Origin: Paraspadella gotoi
Lineage: Eukaryota > Animalia > Chaetognatha
Length of the DNA stretch: 64,000 bases
NCBI GenBank assembly: GCA_051294375.1
Contig: CM119265.1
Span: forward strand, 10,236,684 to 10,300,683
Direction: 5' to 3'
Each line of letters starts with the position of its first letter. Position 1 is the stretch's first letter. This document shows positions 41,384 through 54,664 of the stretch, in pieces. The translations under genes were made by a program, and so were the position numbers. The notes under the pieces are model-generated. The model did not search any database, was not told where the DNA came from, and worked only from the letters and a program-made list of their open reading frames with translations.

Positions 41384-44300
41384 ACTAACCAGCAATCACT
41401 TAAACAGAAGGCTTCATATTATAAAATTAGGTACCCCTTTTTTGTCGACCAGAGAACCCGTCCGAAAAAAACTACTGGATCAAATCCTATTGAAATATTG
41501 GTATGAACCGATCCCTATGTGAATACAAATAGAACTATCGAGACGAATTTCATATTAACCCCTAAGCCGAGATATGGGGGCCCCGGAGGGGTCACCACAT
41601 AGGGGCAAAAAATGATAAAAATTTTTTTTTCAAATTTATTCATTTTTGTTTTAAACAGTTGCATAGACGTTTACACTTCCCAAAAACGTAGTTTACCTAA
41701 AATATTGATTTACCATAATTTTCAGCTTCATGAACATCACAGTTCAAGTCAGATAGGAAATAATTTTGAAAAATTGGAAGTAAAACGATGAACCATGCAT
41801 CTTCAAAACAATGCTTAATTAACGAAAATTATCAATTTTAGTTCTAAAATAAATTTTTTTTATATGTTTAAAACGTCAATGCATTGATGCTACGAAAAAT
41901 TTTAAAAAAATAAAAAAACAAATTTGTAGCTTTTTTCGGCCCCCCAGGGGTCCACCCAGGCCTTGTATCTCTTGTCAGGTGTTTGAATATCAAAATTCGC
42001 CTCATAGTTCCATTTATATTGTCATGAGGACTTATATATAAATTTTCAATGAAATTCGATCGGGTAGTTTGGTGGGAACTATTCTGGTCTCAAAAAAGGG
42101 TTGCCTAATTTTATAATATGAGCCCTCAGTATTTTTAAATTTTAATTCTAAAAAAGTTTTTTTTTGTACGCACAGATTTGAGTTAAAAAATATTTAAAAA
42201 GATAAATAGAAACAGGAGCAATAGTCCGTTTTCGGCGGTTTTTATAAAATTATAAAATGAAAAATTAAGAAATAATTTCCAATGCCATAACCGTTGTTCC
42301 GTCTATATAATAAATTGAGTACTCCTTTGATTTGTAAACAATTTAAAAATTCTTAACTTTGAAACTTAAACTTATACTTTTATCAAACAACTAACATAAG
42401 ATTTATCCCTAAAGAAAAAGAAGACATGCAACGAAGTAGAACGGCCAATCTGCAACGACGAGTAAAGAAGCCATTGCAAGTTGGTATGCGCGGCTGCGCC
42501 AGTTGCGCACATGTAAAGCATTTAACTATGTCTCGTCTGTATAGACTGTTTCTTCAATATTTAAAAAAATTTACAAACTTTCAAAGATGAGTAGCTGTTA
42601 GAGATACGTCAATTAAAATTTACATCCGACTGTATCGTTTTTATTTTTTCAATTAACTATGATTGACCGGAAAGAATTTCACGGTGTAAAAAGAAGAACC
42701 CGATCGAAATTGTGAACCTACGGATGGTAATTTAATGTTATGAACCTCGGATATAATTCTTGCTTATTGTCGCAAGATGAGACGACGAACAACGAACCAA
42801 AAAAAGTAAGAAACCGAGAAAGAGAAAATCGGGAGAAACAGGTTTCTGCTCGTAACTGTAACCCCCCCATGACGCTAATGTCTACCGCATAATTATTTGC
42901 AGACCTCAAAGTTACAAATTCCCGCAACCGGTACCGATGACGCAACCGATGACGCGACGGTCCAGTGCTGCGCCCTCTTCACGGAGGGCACAGCGAACGT
43001 GGAGATCGAGGCGAGGTCCTTTGAAGCCATCGTCCAGGTCAGTCGAAGGTGAGGCACTTTATGAGTAAGATCAGAAGAGTCCCGCGAGAGAGAGAACGCA
43101 GGAACGAGGAACAAGAAATCCAGGTCGTCAGGGAAGTTGGACGCGGGGAATGACTTGCGAGATGCGAAAATGAGGAAAGTGGAAACCGAGAGAATCAGAG
43201 GAGAGAGAAAAAATGTCGACGGATCGAAATGGGAAAAAATTAAATCGGAAGAAAAGCAGGAAGGAATTCCTCCTGAACCATCAAGTCGGAGAAAAAGGAG
43301 GAAAGGAGACACAACGAGTCTTTAAACAGGAAACAAGCGGAAAGGACGGTTTCCCGTTGGAGAAGCGCTCAACGAAAATCCGAGGAGAGAAAGCGACTTA
43401 AGATGAGCGAAGCCGAAGACGAGGAAAGACGGGAGTAGGGAAAAAGACCTCGGGCGCGGGGCTCGCTTCCATGAAAGGAACGAAAACGACAAAGATAAGA
43501 CGGAGAATTAGCTGCCACCGGGTGGACTAGGATCAGCCGGTGTGGTCAGCTACCACGATCGAAATAAAGAAAAAAAGCAAAAGGAAAAACATGGTCGGAG
43601 CAGAATCGGAAGTGAAGGCGCGAGAGAGGGAAGCAACAACGGGTTTGGATGGTGGCGTCGCTCTTGAGCCGAAAAACGCCGAAAAACTTGGAGAGAGAAA
43701 ATTATTGTAAGGGACATTCGGCAACGAAAAGAGGAGAGAGTCATCAGGATGGGCGAAGCCGCGGAGAGACACCAACACCGGTACTGATTCACCATGGACG
43801 CCGAAAAGAATTTCCAAGCGGGCAAGGAGTCCGTCGTTAAAGAGGATCTCACGGAAAAAGAAAAGGATAAGAAAAGACGTGTTGACAAGCCGAGGCAAGC
43901 AAGAATCAGTATCAACGATCAAGCACACGATTTGCTTCAAAGAATAAGAACAAAGCGGCCGAGAGAGCCGCAGAAAAGAAGAAAAAGACCAAACAGGAAA
44001 GGCTATGATCGCGCCCCACAAGAGCGAAATTCTCGAGAGAAAAGAAGCGCCCGTATCATGCGACTTCGAAAGAAGCGAAGGCCAGGTTAAGGAGAGAAAC
44101 GGAGAGAGAGCGAGGAGCCGATAGCGATCGGCGATCGCGTCAAGAGCGACGCTTCGCAAATCGGCGATGACGCCGCGGAAGCCAAAACGGGGGATGGAAA
44201 GAGACGAATCGTCGTAACGGCCGCCATCGTCACCACGAAGAGCGAATCGACGCCTTACGAATCGACGCCTTACGATCTGTTTATCCTCCAAAAGCGTAAC

Positions 44301-47300
44301 CACCTACGATATGACGGAGATTTCGATCAAGGGCGTCGAAAGCGTATTCGTGCCTAGAGACGTGGGCGACATCGTCGACGTCGGCGACAAGTCGGCCATG
44401 TCTTTCGAGACCGGATTGGTGAGCATGGATTCAGCGATGGACACCGACGACGACGATCGAAAGAGAATACGACGTCATTGGCAGGAATCTGTCGTCGGAA
44501 GAAGAAAAAAAGCGGCACCCTCGGCCCAAGAGGACGCGTCGGCCTCGACTTCGCGGGAATCTCGCGAATCATTGGTCAATCGAGGGGACGAATTCGAAGG
44601 AAGAGGCGCACCTCGGCGACAAATCTTGGGGCAGGAGGGGTTATAAACCTTACGGTGAGATGGGGGAAGACGCTCCCACACCAGAGGTCATCGATACTTG
44701 GCGAGCAGAGCGCCTTCGACGCCAAGTACAAAGATACAGCATCGTCGGGGTAACTGAATTTGTATTTGCTTTTTAGCCGGATCTGCTTACAGCTCTATAA
44801 TTCACTTTTCGGTCCGTCGGTCCCACCCCAAAACTTGTTGGTAAATCATTTAAATCATCTCAGAACATCGAAATTATGATAAATTATTTTAAAAAACGAT
44901 GTCCGTCCGTCCCTCTCTTATCTTTGAACGCCAATTACTCATGTAATGTATATGGGGCGATTGACTTGAAATTTTGTATGTGGTAGTAAAGTGTGTGATT
45001 TAGCTGGAAATCAAGTTTTGATGGAATCGTCCAAGTGGAATTGAGTTTAAATGGAAAAAACAAAAAATCTGTTTCACTAATTGATAATCATATCTTTTCT
45101 TTTTAATATTAAATGTAAATGCAATATGTATTCATTAATCAAATAATTAATCAATTAGTTCAACTAATTAATAATTAATTAATCAGTCATTAATCAATTA
45201 ATTATTAATTAATTATTCAATCAATCAATTTATCAATTAAAATAATTATTCAATCAATTTATCATTTAATTAATAAGTCAATCAATCAAGTCCAATCCAT
45301 TAATCGTTATCGACATTGTCATCGCCATCATCGTCGTCGTTGCTTTTGTCATGGTCAGTGACGAAAAGACAAAACAAACTTGTCTGATCAAATTAATTAA
45401 TTGACTAATTAATTAACTAGAATTAATTAATTAATCTTGGACAGATCCGGCATGGTTTGCTCAAACTTGTTTCTAGAAATTGATTTTGATTGATTGGTAA
45501 TGAAAAATCAGAGGAAAGACAGCTCCTCTCTTCATCCGGACTGGACGCCCGGGGAGACACCCGACGAAAGACCCGAATCGAATTGGATCCCGACCAAAGA
45601 ATGGTCGCAAGTTGCGATGGAGGCCGCCAGAATTCCGGAGATTACAGAGAATTTGGGTCAAATTTTCTCCTCTTGTGGATCAGATCAAAAAAGACTATAA
45701 AAGTTAGCGGGAGGAAGGGAGGGGAGAAAAAAAAAATAAAATTCAGCTCCTTGTATTTTGATGCTAGTGTGGAGTACAATATAGTATTCCCCCGAACTAA
45801 TACTTAAGGGAGTGGTCTTTTCATACAATTGAAACATTCTTTTGAAATATCATACCACTTCATTGATAGGGAAGCCGGTTCACTGGGAGTGGAATAAATA
45901 AGACTGTGAGAGAGTCTTGATTGGAAAGTTGGAGAAACCTGCTATGTTATTATCTTGTAAGTGTGATGGAGGCCTTAAACCACAAAGCCTGTCCAAAGTC
46001 AGGGACAAGATAGCTTATTTATTAAATGAATGGATAATTTTTATATTGGTTGTACCAATTTCATAAGGATAAAATCAATAATTCCCCTCGGCTATCAGCT
46101 CACAACCTGGCCTTGGGAATAGCGCGAGACTGGGAAAGAAAGAAATCGAAAGACTTCAGCGTTTACGACGTCCTCCATGATGCTTTTTGCCGGCGCGAGG
46201 TCGAGGGGCATGAGCTGGAAGGATGATTGATGTGGTGATTGGCTTGTTGGTTGATTCTTTTCAGTTTTTGATCATTGGTTTTCAGAGTAGGATTTAGCTT
46301 GCCCCTCGGTATATTTAGCGATACATTCTCTAGTTCTACTCTTCGCGAAATATATGATTTTACCTCACGCCTTCAATACCCCGCAGGTTTTTTTTCTCCA
46401 AATTCCTAACTAAAATTTTTTTCGAAACAATACTAAACCAGGGAAACGACGACTTTGTTATACAGGGAGATTCTCGTTCGTGGATCCAACGCTCATAAAT
46501 GAGGAGATTCAGCAATGCTGGCCTTCGCTATAGAAGAGAGACCCACTTACGGCAAAAAAGTGGGAAAAATATTCGAACTGCAAGTAAGATAGAATCATTC
46601 TGAATAAAGTTATGGAGCAAATTAAGAAACAACTCGTGCTGACCCTTTTGCCCAAGGATTCTATGAAGCCGGCGAGACAAGAAACTCTACAGTTTAAACT
46701 GACGAGAATGGACAAGTGTCGGAGGTACAACGTCGAGACGGTTCCTACTACGCCAAAGAGTTGAAAGACATTCAGTGCGAAAATCGTCGAAGGAATAAAC
46801 GGCGTCAAGAGGCGGTAATTGAGCGAATAGAATGGCAAAGTTACGAAGCGAAGTTGCGACTTGATTCTGAACAACTGTTTTGAAAGGAGCAACAGCGACG
46901 GCGGATGTTGATTTCGAGAAACGCGATGCCGCTGAGGAAAAGCCTTCTCAATCCGGAATAACAAAACGCGCATGGAGGAACTCGCGAAACCCGTCAATTT
47001 CAACTGCCGAGGATTTATATACGTCACCGCGTACATTAAGATGTCAGGACCGTTAAATTTTTCAATTGTCGGGATGGTAGTTCAAATTTTAAACTTAATT
47101 ATCTTTGGGAAAAAAGATTAGTAAACTTTTGTGACAGGCATTTCTAATTGCAGAATTGATAATAAATAGAGCTGGGTCGGAGGGTTGAGCCTGTCATGTC
47201 ATTTCGGCAGCCTTTAAAAAAACAATCTGAACTGCTGTAATATACAAAATTATTAATTACTAACTAAATTCCTCTATAATTTTTTTATTTTGTCAGAACG

Positions 47301-50300
47301 TTTGATTACGCAAAATATCATGTAAGGCAATATAAAATTAATATAACCAATAGTTAGTATTATGTCTCGAATAGATGCAAAAAAAAACCTCGTTTAAAAA
47401 TTCCATCGGGAAGTGGGGTAACTAAGGCTTACAACTAGCATCCTCCACACTGATCGTTCTCTAAATAATTTTTTTATTTAATACATTTGAAAGGGAAAAA
47501 TAAAAATTCAGAATGCAGGTTGCAGAAAAGCGTACAGATAATCTGGACATATGACTCAATAATCATGACCTTTTATGTCTTGTGAAATGGGGGCAGTAAA
47601 GAAACCTAAAAAATTCGATCATTAATGTCAATGAACCCTTTCCAATTGGCTATTCCGCCGAAATTTTTTTTTCTTAATTAAAATGGATGCATAAATAATA
47701 GAATTAAATTCCTAGTATAAAAGGTTGTTATATTTAAAAGAAAATTATCAATAAAAATAAACACAATGTCTTTGCTTTGTCAAATATGTCGCCAGCTATG
47801 TAATTTTTTTAAGGCTACTTGACTGGCTTCTTTGTAAGACTAATGAACTAGAGGAGTTAGGTTTGCAATGTATTCAAGTATAGACCTATGAAAAGATAGC
47901 AATTACAATTACATCTTTATGGATGCTAAACCCGAGTGAGCTAGCAAGAGCATAGTTGTTTCAAAACCGACCCTTGTTGACTTAGCTGACTGAGAATATA
48001 TTTTTTTTTTACTAAACATAGAAAAGTCAGCTGGAATCACAAGAATAATTAAAGTAATAAACTAGCAATTATGACATTAAATAATTAATTATTTAGCTAT
48101 TAAAAGAACCACAAATAAATATGATCATTTACTAATGTAAAATATAATATTAAACCTTTAAGGTAATAGAATAAAAATTTATCAAGCTTATCAGAACACG
48201 ACAACAGACAATTCAACAAATTAATCTGCTACACAAAAACGAGAGTTATATTTAAAGTCAATGATCAGCAAAGAATAATCAGGTAAGTTTCAAATGCTCT
48301 TTGCTTTCCGAGCCTAGAAACTAGAATGAAGGAAACAAAGTCAAGCCTCTACTTCTACTACAGAAACCGATCCTCTGGCCCCACAAGTCCGGGCCTTCTT
48401 CTCATTTGCCCTTTGTTGCCAACCTCCCCAATCCTCTTCTCCCTCCAATTGGCCCATGGCTTTTCTGTGGTCATAGAGTTTGGTGACTAACCTAATCCGT
48501 CGCCAAGCCCTCCTGTGGTCCCGGTGAAGGCGAGCCTCGGGCTTCTTGCAGCTTCCCGCCGAGGGAGAGGGAGGCAGAGATGGAGAAGATGCAGGGGTGG
48601 ATATGGCAGCTGGCTTGCTGCATCTCCTCGTGTACGTTTATGATATGAATACAACAAGAGAACGGGGGACGCCAACTAGATAAGGACTCGCACTCGAACA
48701 CGTACTTTCTTATTCATATATATGTATAACACGATGCTCACAATGCTTGTAATAGGAACAAAGATATTATCGAATAAAGGAACAATAAACAAACAATAAA
48801 TGAACAATATGCATCGGCGATCAATAAGTCTCTTAGATGATGTTCCACAAAGAATTGTCTCATCATCCTTCCTCCTTCTATTTATGATCGAGCGTCCCGC
48901 TCGATCCACACTAATGAGCAAAACGTGTACAGAATTCTCGCGAATAAGACAGACGTTGATCCGCAAATGGCGAGAGCGGTCGAAGTCTGGCAGAACGTCG
49001 CCGAGAAAATTCAGGCCGCGTTTACATAGGCGTCGCCCGTCACTTGATAGATATTTCGTCGATGGTGGGTTCCCCAACCATTCTGTTTGCAGACGTCTTC
49101 TGCGTCGACCCATTTCTTCGGCACCATGACAGGTCTCGTCGAAAATACTGAAGAGACGAATCCTTCTGAAGGACGAAAAGCCGGACGCCGATGCGAATCT
49201 TTGGGATCTTGCCCAAATCCTTTGCCGAAGTCGCTATGGACTTTTGGTGCAAAGTGAAAGACACCGGCCACCACAACAGAAGGACAGGAAGTCGACGCGC
49301 GTCTTCTCCAAGTCAGGGAGGGTAGATGGAAGCCCACCGCGATGTCTTTGGAACTACGACAGTTACTTCGTCGAAAATTTCCCCAAAAATTGTTTTGTCA
49401 CTAATTATCTTGCCATGTGGACTGCCATCACGCAACAAGATGGGCAAGATGTGCCAGCATCATTGAACGGCGCAGTACAGCTTGCCGAAACGAATCATGT
49501 GGGGCAGAGACGCAAATGGGCGTAGGCAATGCCGCTCAAATCCATGTTGAATGTGGCGAGAGTTGAATCCGATGCTGCGACGCGTTTCACGCAAAGCTTG
49601 AAGAGTTCCAACCCGTAGGGGAAAATCTTTCTCGAAATTCTCAAATATTATCGAGCCCGGCTAGAATCACAAGAACGAAGCTTTTCCGCCATTGCGCCCT
49701 TCAATCTTATATCCCGAAATTATGAGGCCTATCATTGTAGCGATTTGAGTTTTTCTGAAAGTCTTGGCCACAGTTTTCAATGTGTCCGAGCGATTTGATA
49801 TTTGAGAAAATAATCCAGCAGAAACGGCTGAGGAGACAGAGAAATAATTTAGCTGGATCAAGCCGGCGAGCTTGCTTACCCAAGACTCCTTTCTCAAGGA
49901 TCGCGGAAACAAGTCGGCGAGGCGGCGACCGAGAAGAATCCCATCATCGTTCGCGCAATCGACGAACCTTTTGGCGATTCTTCTTGGAGTCCGTTGGGAT
50001 TCCGTGAGATCTCCACCCAATTCTCATCATTTTGGTCGGAGATGAGTCCGGATCGATTTCAGAAATGGAGTAATCTCCTCTGTTTTAGCATTCCAATTTC
50101 AATGCAGGCACGACCGGCCGATGGTGACTCGCGTCTGACACAAAGGCAGAGTGTAGGTTGATACGATGATGCCGCATCTTGAGGAGGAACAACTGGCGGA
50201 GGTAGGGGCGTGTGAGGGTTCGTTGGCGACGCAAGAGGACAAAGGGATTGCGCCACATATCTCAACCTCTCTTCCGCGAACGAGAGACTGGTTCACTCCC

Positions 50301-51590
50301 AAGAGCATCTCTGAATATTTCCTCGATCGCGCATCTTCATCTTGGCCAGGGCATTTCTCGAATCTTGCGTCGTTGGTCTTCTCCACTCGCCTCGGCAACT
50401 CTTTCTTCAAAATGTACGAGGCCTTCTTAAGATTCGCTAATCGCTAAGCGTTTTGCGACGATAATGTAACACTTTTGCGCATAAAGTGGCGTCGCGCGTC
50501 GGTCGTCGTCGTTGTCAGCGTTCCAAAATTATAGATCGCCTTTTTTTATGATTAAATATAAAAAATAATAATAGTATCATTAATGATAAGAACAATAATA
50601 ATTAGGAATGAGGGTAATTCCAATAATAGTAAATTCCAATCATAGTAATAATAATAATAATAATAATGTAAAAATAATAATAGTAATAATGATAAAAATA
50701 ATAATAGTATCATTAACGATAATAATAATAATAATTAGGAAAAGGGTAATTCCAATAATTTTAATCTGGTATTTATGCCTTTCTATTTATGATCAGTTAA
50801 AAAAAAAAAAAAAAATTGACTAATTTCTGTCTATGACTACAAAAAAAAAAAAAAAAAAAAAGGCAAATGGCTAGTTGTTAAAGGTTAGGAACCATAATGC
50901 TAATATTCACTCGTGATTTTCATTGATATACTTTAATACTTTTCCAATTTGCAATATCCGCAATGATCCTTAATTTTTTGAATTTTATTTTTAGTGCCAT
51001 TAGTGCAATTAGTCTTGCTCAATACTCATTTATTGTTTTAAATGTCATATTGTTTCAAATCGTTTAATCTTCTTATTGTCTAATTGTCAATTGTCTCTTT
51101 TATTTCAGAAAAAAAAAATTAAATTAGGGTGTATGAAGCTGAAAATTTATATACAGCTCTCATCATCGATGTGCTTAAAATTGAGTCTGGACAGTTATTA
51201 AATATGTTTTGTTTACGTTTTATCAAACAAACAAATTTTCTCTCTTTTATTTTTATATTTCTTTCTCTCTCTCTTTTCTCTTTTAATTACATGTCTCTCT
51301 CCCTCTCTCTTTTCCCTAGTCACTGATTCATAATCATAGGGGGAAAAAACGAGTCTGCAGCTGGCTCTGCAGGGGCTTATTCTTTTTCTCTCTTTCTCTT
51401 GCTGCTTCTGCTGCTGCCTTTTGAGTCTGCAGCTGGCTCTGCGGGGCTCTTTCTTTTTCTCTCTCTTTCTCCTGCTGCTTCTGCTGCTGCTTTTGATTTC
51501 TTTCTTTTTTTTCTGGGTGCCTCTGCTGCTGAAAATGATTTGGCTTCTCTCTCTCTCTCTGATTAATTTTTTCCCTCTAAAAACTTTTAT
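41384..51590 (+). repeat. ~10-kb direct duplicate of 30775-40779, rich in 1-bp indels
   Basis: Colinear over its whole length (MITE, gene, HINE, exonuclease-like ORF); differences are overwhelmingly single-base indels. Confidence 0.95.
42777..46883 (+). pseudogene. Frameshifted second copy of the 32168-36305 gene (error-laden duplicate or pseudogene)
   Basis: Same sequence with many indels breaking the 622-codon exon. Confidence 0.75.
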
Positions 51591-52113
51591 TTAATTCGCC
51601 ATTTATTCCCAAAATTACATCCGAAGATTTTCGTGGATTATTTTTTTTTCTCAAATTTTTTTTTTTTGTATCAAAATTTGTCGTCAATCCAGATTTTTTC
51701 TATGCAATTGCGACGATCCTTAGCTTTTAAATTTTTTAAATAGTTTAGTACAAGGCGCGTCAGAAATTTTTAAAGAAACTTGAAAATTTTATTCTGATAA
51801 ATTTTGCTTTAAGGCTGACGTTTATGACACATCTCGAAACTATTGTAGGAATTTAAAACAGTTTTTGCAAGTGAATATTGACATCATCCTACAGGGACTG
51901 GCATAAAAATATATATAAAAAAAATTAAAATTAGCTCTCCTATGAGGTATCTAACTAAACTTACCCCTATTACCGCATCAACTTTTAAATTTTAATTAAT
52001 CAAAATTCTTATCAACAAATTTTTAACACGTGAATCTCTCAATACCCAAATCTGACTCGTTGCAAATCGTCATCGAACTAATTAACAATTTCTCTACCTT
52101 TTCCTTCCTTAAG

Positions 52114-52257
52114 TACAAAACGGGATTCACTGCTCGGAACCAGGCGTTGATGGAACGGTGTTTCCGAGAGAATAAAGTTCCGCCCGAGCCGTTCCGAGAC
52201 GATTGGAGCACGAAGGTTACCGCGAAGAAAAAGGCCAAAAGAGATTCCTGCGATTAA
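52114..52257 (+). CDS. Putative isolated terminal coding exon of an unidentified gene
   Basis: Pyrimidine tract plus AG, then GC-rich YKTGFTARNQALMERCFRENKVPPEPFRDDWSTKVTAKKKAKRDSCD-stop; AATAAA at ~52369. Confidence 0.4.
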   Translation, partial: YKTGFTARNQALMERCFRENKVPPEPFRDDWSTKVTAKKKAKRDSCD

Positions 52258-53336
52258 TCAATTCAAAATTTTAATCGCGTTTATAAAAACTTCAATTCTT
52301 ATTTCATTAGTGTACCTGTCTTGTACTCTTGGTAACTATTTTTTCTAAACTTTCAAAGCTCGACAATAATAAATAACGACATTTCTGTGTAGTTTTTTAA
52401 TAATTCCACCTGGAAAAGAATATGTTGTGAACGAAGACCCTTAAAGCTGCCTCCACTGCTGTCCGTACGGCTCAAGGCTTGTCTCAATGGGGGCTGAGCA
52501 GGCCAAAAATCATCTCATTCATCCCGTGCGTTGCCCCCGGGGTTTCAATCGCCTGGGTATGCCCCCGGGTTCTGGGCTTAAATGTGACGTGGTGCCGGGG
52601 GTATAAACATAGCCAGTGACAGGAGGCGGTCACTGGGAAGGGGTCGGCAGCCCCCCTACACCCAGTGGTGAGATACCCCCGCGCCCCGGGGGGTATCACA
52701 GGCATTAATCCTCCGTTGCCCATAAGGTGGTGAGCCCCTACTCCCTCCCGACACAGCAAACCGCATGCGCACGCATGGCGACCCACCCGCTTTACAGTCC
52801 GCCTTAGGGGGTATGCGATATCACGCCCTATAGCCCTACTTCTCGGGTAACGCTCCCACCTTCGCTCAGGCAAGTCGCGTTCGCACTCAGGGAGTATCGC
52901 ATTCGCTCCTCAAACTATGGCCAATGAGATCAAAAAAAACTTCTCTGCAAGACCCATCTCCCTCCAGGATTGGAGGGCCCCTGTGGAGAAGTCTGGTGGG
53001 GGGGATCCTGTGGCGCCCAAGACGTTAAAGCTGCTCACTGCTGGTCCGTCCTTCAGCGCTTAGTCCTTCAATGGCTGAAGCAGGCTAAAGTGCCATCCTC
53101 CAACCAGTCCGTGCGTCCCGGGTTCAATCGCCTGGGTATCCCGCGTTCCTGGGGGCTTTAAATTGTGACCGGTGCCCGGTAATAGCAGCCGGACAATCCC
53201 AGGTTGACAGAGCCGGTCACTGGGGAGGGTCCCGCCAGCCCCTACACCAGTTGTGAGATACCGGCCCCGGGTATGCACAGCTATCCCTCCCCCGTTGCCA
53301 TAACCAATGTATAAATTTCGTGGAGCTACGAACAAT

Positions 53337-54401
53337 TTAAGAAAAAACGGGAAGCGCATAACGAATGAACTGTAAATAACCTGAGCAAAATCGCGAAAAT
53401 TTTTGAACAAATCGATAGGCATAATGAATAGTCAATTCAAAAAATCTGTTTAGATCTCTTTGCTGGGATAAACGGACTAAAATACAAAAAAATCGACGCT
53501 CGCGGATTTTTTTAGTCGGCTTCGCTTTGTCGGGCCGCCGCCGCGTCGTTCGTTTCGGCTCAGTGGACGTCACTTTCCAGACGCAGACAATGTTGACGTC
53601 GGTGCAGCCGACGAGGAACTTGTTGTCTTCGCTGATCGTACAAGTAGTTGATGATGATCTTCTTCTTGTCAAAGTCGAGATCTAGTCAGAATCGGAGGTA
53701 TCTTCGGCGTAACGTCGGGCCATTCCAGTATAACCGACGGTTGGAGGGATATCCTCCTCTTCTCCCACTCTACGTAAAGGTTTTCATTTATATAATTTTG
53801 TAAACGATTATCAGATTTTCCGAAAGAAGCAAGAGACTCGCCTTCATCTTCGGGCTCCTCGGAGCCACCGGGAAAAACTGTCAGCCTATCCATGTTGTAG
53901 ATCCAAATTGATCCGGTGTCGTCTCCGGCCAGGAGCAGCTTGCCGTCGTCCGAAGACGAGATGTTTATGTATAATTCTTCGGTGTCGCTCCACTAAAGTT
54001 TTTTTTTATGATTTGGTCAGATAACAAAACAAACAAACGATATTGTCAAATAAATCTTTTTAAGCACCAAAGACGTTATAAATTTAAAGAAGAGCTAACA
54101 AATATTTTCAACATTAGACTAAATTCTAAACGCAACGAAAAGGAAAGTTAATACGCAACATTAGACCAAAATTTTGAAGCAATAATCTCCAATTTCCTCT
54201 TTATAGAATAGTTCGAACGCGAAGAAAAAACTTGCCTTGAGTCTCGTCACGAGAGCGCAGTCGACGTTCTCTTCCGCCTGCGGATTCTCTTTGTGTCTCA
54301 ATATGGTCTCGTCCATGTCCCAAACCGAAATGATGCCGTCTTTATAGTATTTTGACGCCACGTAGGGGGTACTACCGAGAAGGACCATGCCGTCGACCAC
54401 G
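53337..54401 (-). CDS. LRWD1: LRWD1/ORCA C-terminal WD40 exons (5' exons not in window)
   Basis: Exons 54236-54401 and 53992 downward: VDGMVLL..VASK...GIISVW...RLK|WSDTEELY...LLLAGDDTGSIWIY...ILEWP...LVGCTDVNIVCVW matches LRWD1 (VDGLAF..VASK..RLQWSSTELAY..GDEEGNVWLY..ILKWP..LTDSNIVAIW). Two frameshifts near 53640-53690 are probably read errors; the true stop is uncertain. Confidence 0.82.
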
Positions 54402-54470
54402 CTAAACAAGGTATTTTTTAAATTAAGTAGAATCGTTATTTTAGTTAAACTGATTTCATTATATACTCTA

Positions 54471-54660
54471 CAGAAGGCTTTTTCTGACCAGAATCTGTTC
54501 CCACCAAACTACCCGATCGAATTTCATAAAATTTTACATTTAGAGTTCTAATGACGATATAAATGTAACTATTAAGGCGAATTTTGATATTCAACCCCTG
54601 ACAAGAAATAAAGGGCCATGGGGGTGGGCCCATGGGGATCCAAAAGAATTTTTAATTCCT
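54471..54660 (+). mobile_element. One arm of the 30795-type MITE, interrupted
   Basis: TA|CAGAAGGCTT...GACCAGAATCTGTTCCCACCAAACTACCCGATCGAATTTCAT matches the MITE TIR. Confidence 0.75.
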
Positions 54661-54664
54661 TTAT

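Noticed and set aside
53570-54401. WD40 exons first read as Polycomb EED/ESC
   Set aside because: The RLKWSDTE, GDDTGSIWIY, ILEWP and TDVNIVCVW motifs fit LRWD1 better.
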